A stretch of DNA of 64,000 nucleotides from Pseudodesulfovibrio sp. Lineage in GTDB: Bacteria; Desulfobacterota; Desulfovibrionia; Desulfovibrionales; Desulfovibrionaceae. This document shows, one piece after another, positions 58,592-64,000 of the stretch. The notes beneath the pieces are model-generated. The model saw only the letters and a program-made list of their open reading frames with translations. It was not told the origin of the DNA and ran no database searches. Each line of letters starts with the position of its first letter. Position 1 is the first letter of the stretch. The stretch is from NCBI GenBank assembly GCA_016342345.1, contig JAEINO010000013.1, positions 4,592 to 68,591 of the forward strand, read 5' to 3'. A program made the translations under genes and the position numbers.

Positions 58592-59014
58592 ATGGTAGTA
58601 CCTGACAAAACAATTTTTATTCAAGCAGTGAACTTCCTGGTTATGATCTTTTTGCTGAATGTGGTTATGATTAAGCCAATTCGCGAAATTATCAAGAAAC
58701 GCAAGGGCTTGATGGCTGATCAGTTGGAAAAGATTGAAGGCTTCAACGGCAATGCCGCGGAAAAAATAGCCAGCTACGAAGAGCAACTTTCCGATGCCCG
58801 GAAGGAAGCAAACGAGATCCGCACCGCCATGAAGGGTGAGGGTACTGTTGAAGAGCAGAGCCTCATGTCCGCAGCCGGTGTGGAAGCTTCGAGCACTATT
58901 CAGAACGCCCGTGCTGAGATTAAGTCTCAGGTCAAGGGTGCAATGGATACGCTGACCAAGGACGTCGAAAAATTCGCTGAGCAAGCCACAGGCAAGATCC
59001 TGGGTCAGGCTTAG
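58592..59014 (+). CDS. atpF: ATP synthase F0 subunit b'
   Basis: PDKTIFIQAVNFL TM, KPIREIIKKR, long coiled coil. Confidence 0.88.
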   Translation: MVVPDKTIFIQAVNFLVMIFLLNVVMIKPIREIIKKRKGLMADQLEKIEGFNGNAAEKIASYEEQLSDARKEANEIRTAMKGEGTVEEQSLMSAAGVEASSTIQNARAEIKSQVKGAMDTLTKDVEKFAEQATGKILGQA

Positions 59015-59036
59015 ACGAGGCAAGGAGGGTTTCATC

Positions 59037-59605
59037 TTGAAACGTGTGTATGTGTTTTTTGCGGTCCTCGTAGCCGCCCTGGCGATCTCGTCGATCGCTT
59101 TTGCCAACATCAATGGCGAAGTTTTCACGGAAGATAACGTGCAGAACTACGGCCTGCGTATGTTGAACTTCGCGATTTTCCTGTTCCTGCTCTACAAGTT
59201 CGGAGGTGCGAAGATCAGAGAGTTCTTCGTCGGACGTCGTGATCAGATCAAACAGGATCTGGACGATTTGCAGAGCCGCCAGGTTGATGCTGAGAAAAAG
59301 CTGAAAGAAGTGGAAGCCAGCATCGCCAACATGGCGCAGGAAAAGCAGGCTATCCTTGATGAAGCCAGACAGCAGGGTGACGCCCTCAAGGCTGCCATCA
59401 TTGCCAAGGCTCACAAGGACGCAGAATCTTTGACGGAACAGGCCAAACGCACAGCTTCCAACGAAGCTCAGGCCGCCATCGACTCCATTCGCGCTGAAAT
59501 GGCCGACATGATTGTCGCGGCTGCCGAGAAGCTCGTTGCCGAGAAGCTCAGTGCTTCGGATCACGACAAGCTCGTGGATGACTATTTAACCAAGGTGGTG
59601 CTCAA

Positions 59606-59609
<4 letters not shown>
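59037..59609 (+). CDS. atpF: ATP synthase F0 subunit b with N-terminal extension
   Basis: RMLNFAIFLFLLYKF TM, coiled coil; TTG start after AAGGAGG. Confidence 0.88.
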
Positions 59610-61670
<2,061 letters not shown>

Positions 61671-61684
61671 CTAAGGGGTCACGA

Positions 61685-63974
<2,290 letters not shown>

Positions 63975-63986
63975 GCGAGGTAATTC

Positions 63987-64000
63987 ATGGCTAATACTCT
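63987..64000 (+). CDS. atpC: Start of ATP synthase epsilon subunit (runs off window)
   Basis: ATG 63987 after GAGG RBS, directly after atpD; only 4 codons visible, so the call rests on gene order. Confidence 0.6.

Overview
A 64-kb chromosomal segment from a sulfate-reducing bacterium of the Desulfovibrionaceae, probably Pseudodesulfovibrio-like (inferred from the gene set and protein sequences). Core genes: both halves of the split F-type ATP synthase (atpZ-atpI-atpB-atpE plus rex at 1.3-3.9 kb; atpF'-atpF-atpH-atpA-atpG-atpD-atpC at 58.6-64 kb), mreBCD-mrdA-rodA-bactofilin, hisI-hisG, folD, eno and coaX. Accessory genes: a FecR/retention-module RTX protein, an orphan PhoB-like regulator, gnd-zwf-pgl, cooA-cooS-cooC with a CooA-type operator, a pyrimidine-dimer glycosylase, a hemerythrin-PAS protein, three sensor kinases, HxlR/nitroreductase/iron-sulfur flavoprotein, an HD-GYP protein, two chemoreceptors and a CydAA'-like pair carrying 8 c-heme motifs. 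No rRNA, tRNA, CRISPR array, integrase or transposase was seen. The most unusual content is non-coding and falls into four interspersed repeat families. (C) A ~650-660 bp, hairpin-rich unit occurs as head-to-tail tandems at 12.3-13.7 kb and 50.2-51.3 kb. (A) A ~160 bp MITE with IS5-like ends and YTAG duplications has four copies, two of which bracket coaX. (B) A ~125 bp tandem element has different ends but the same covarying stem-loop core as A. (D) A short GCYTCCGG-headed REP-like hairpin has three copies. Family C is the best candidate for an undescribed system; its function cannot be determined from sequence alone.
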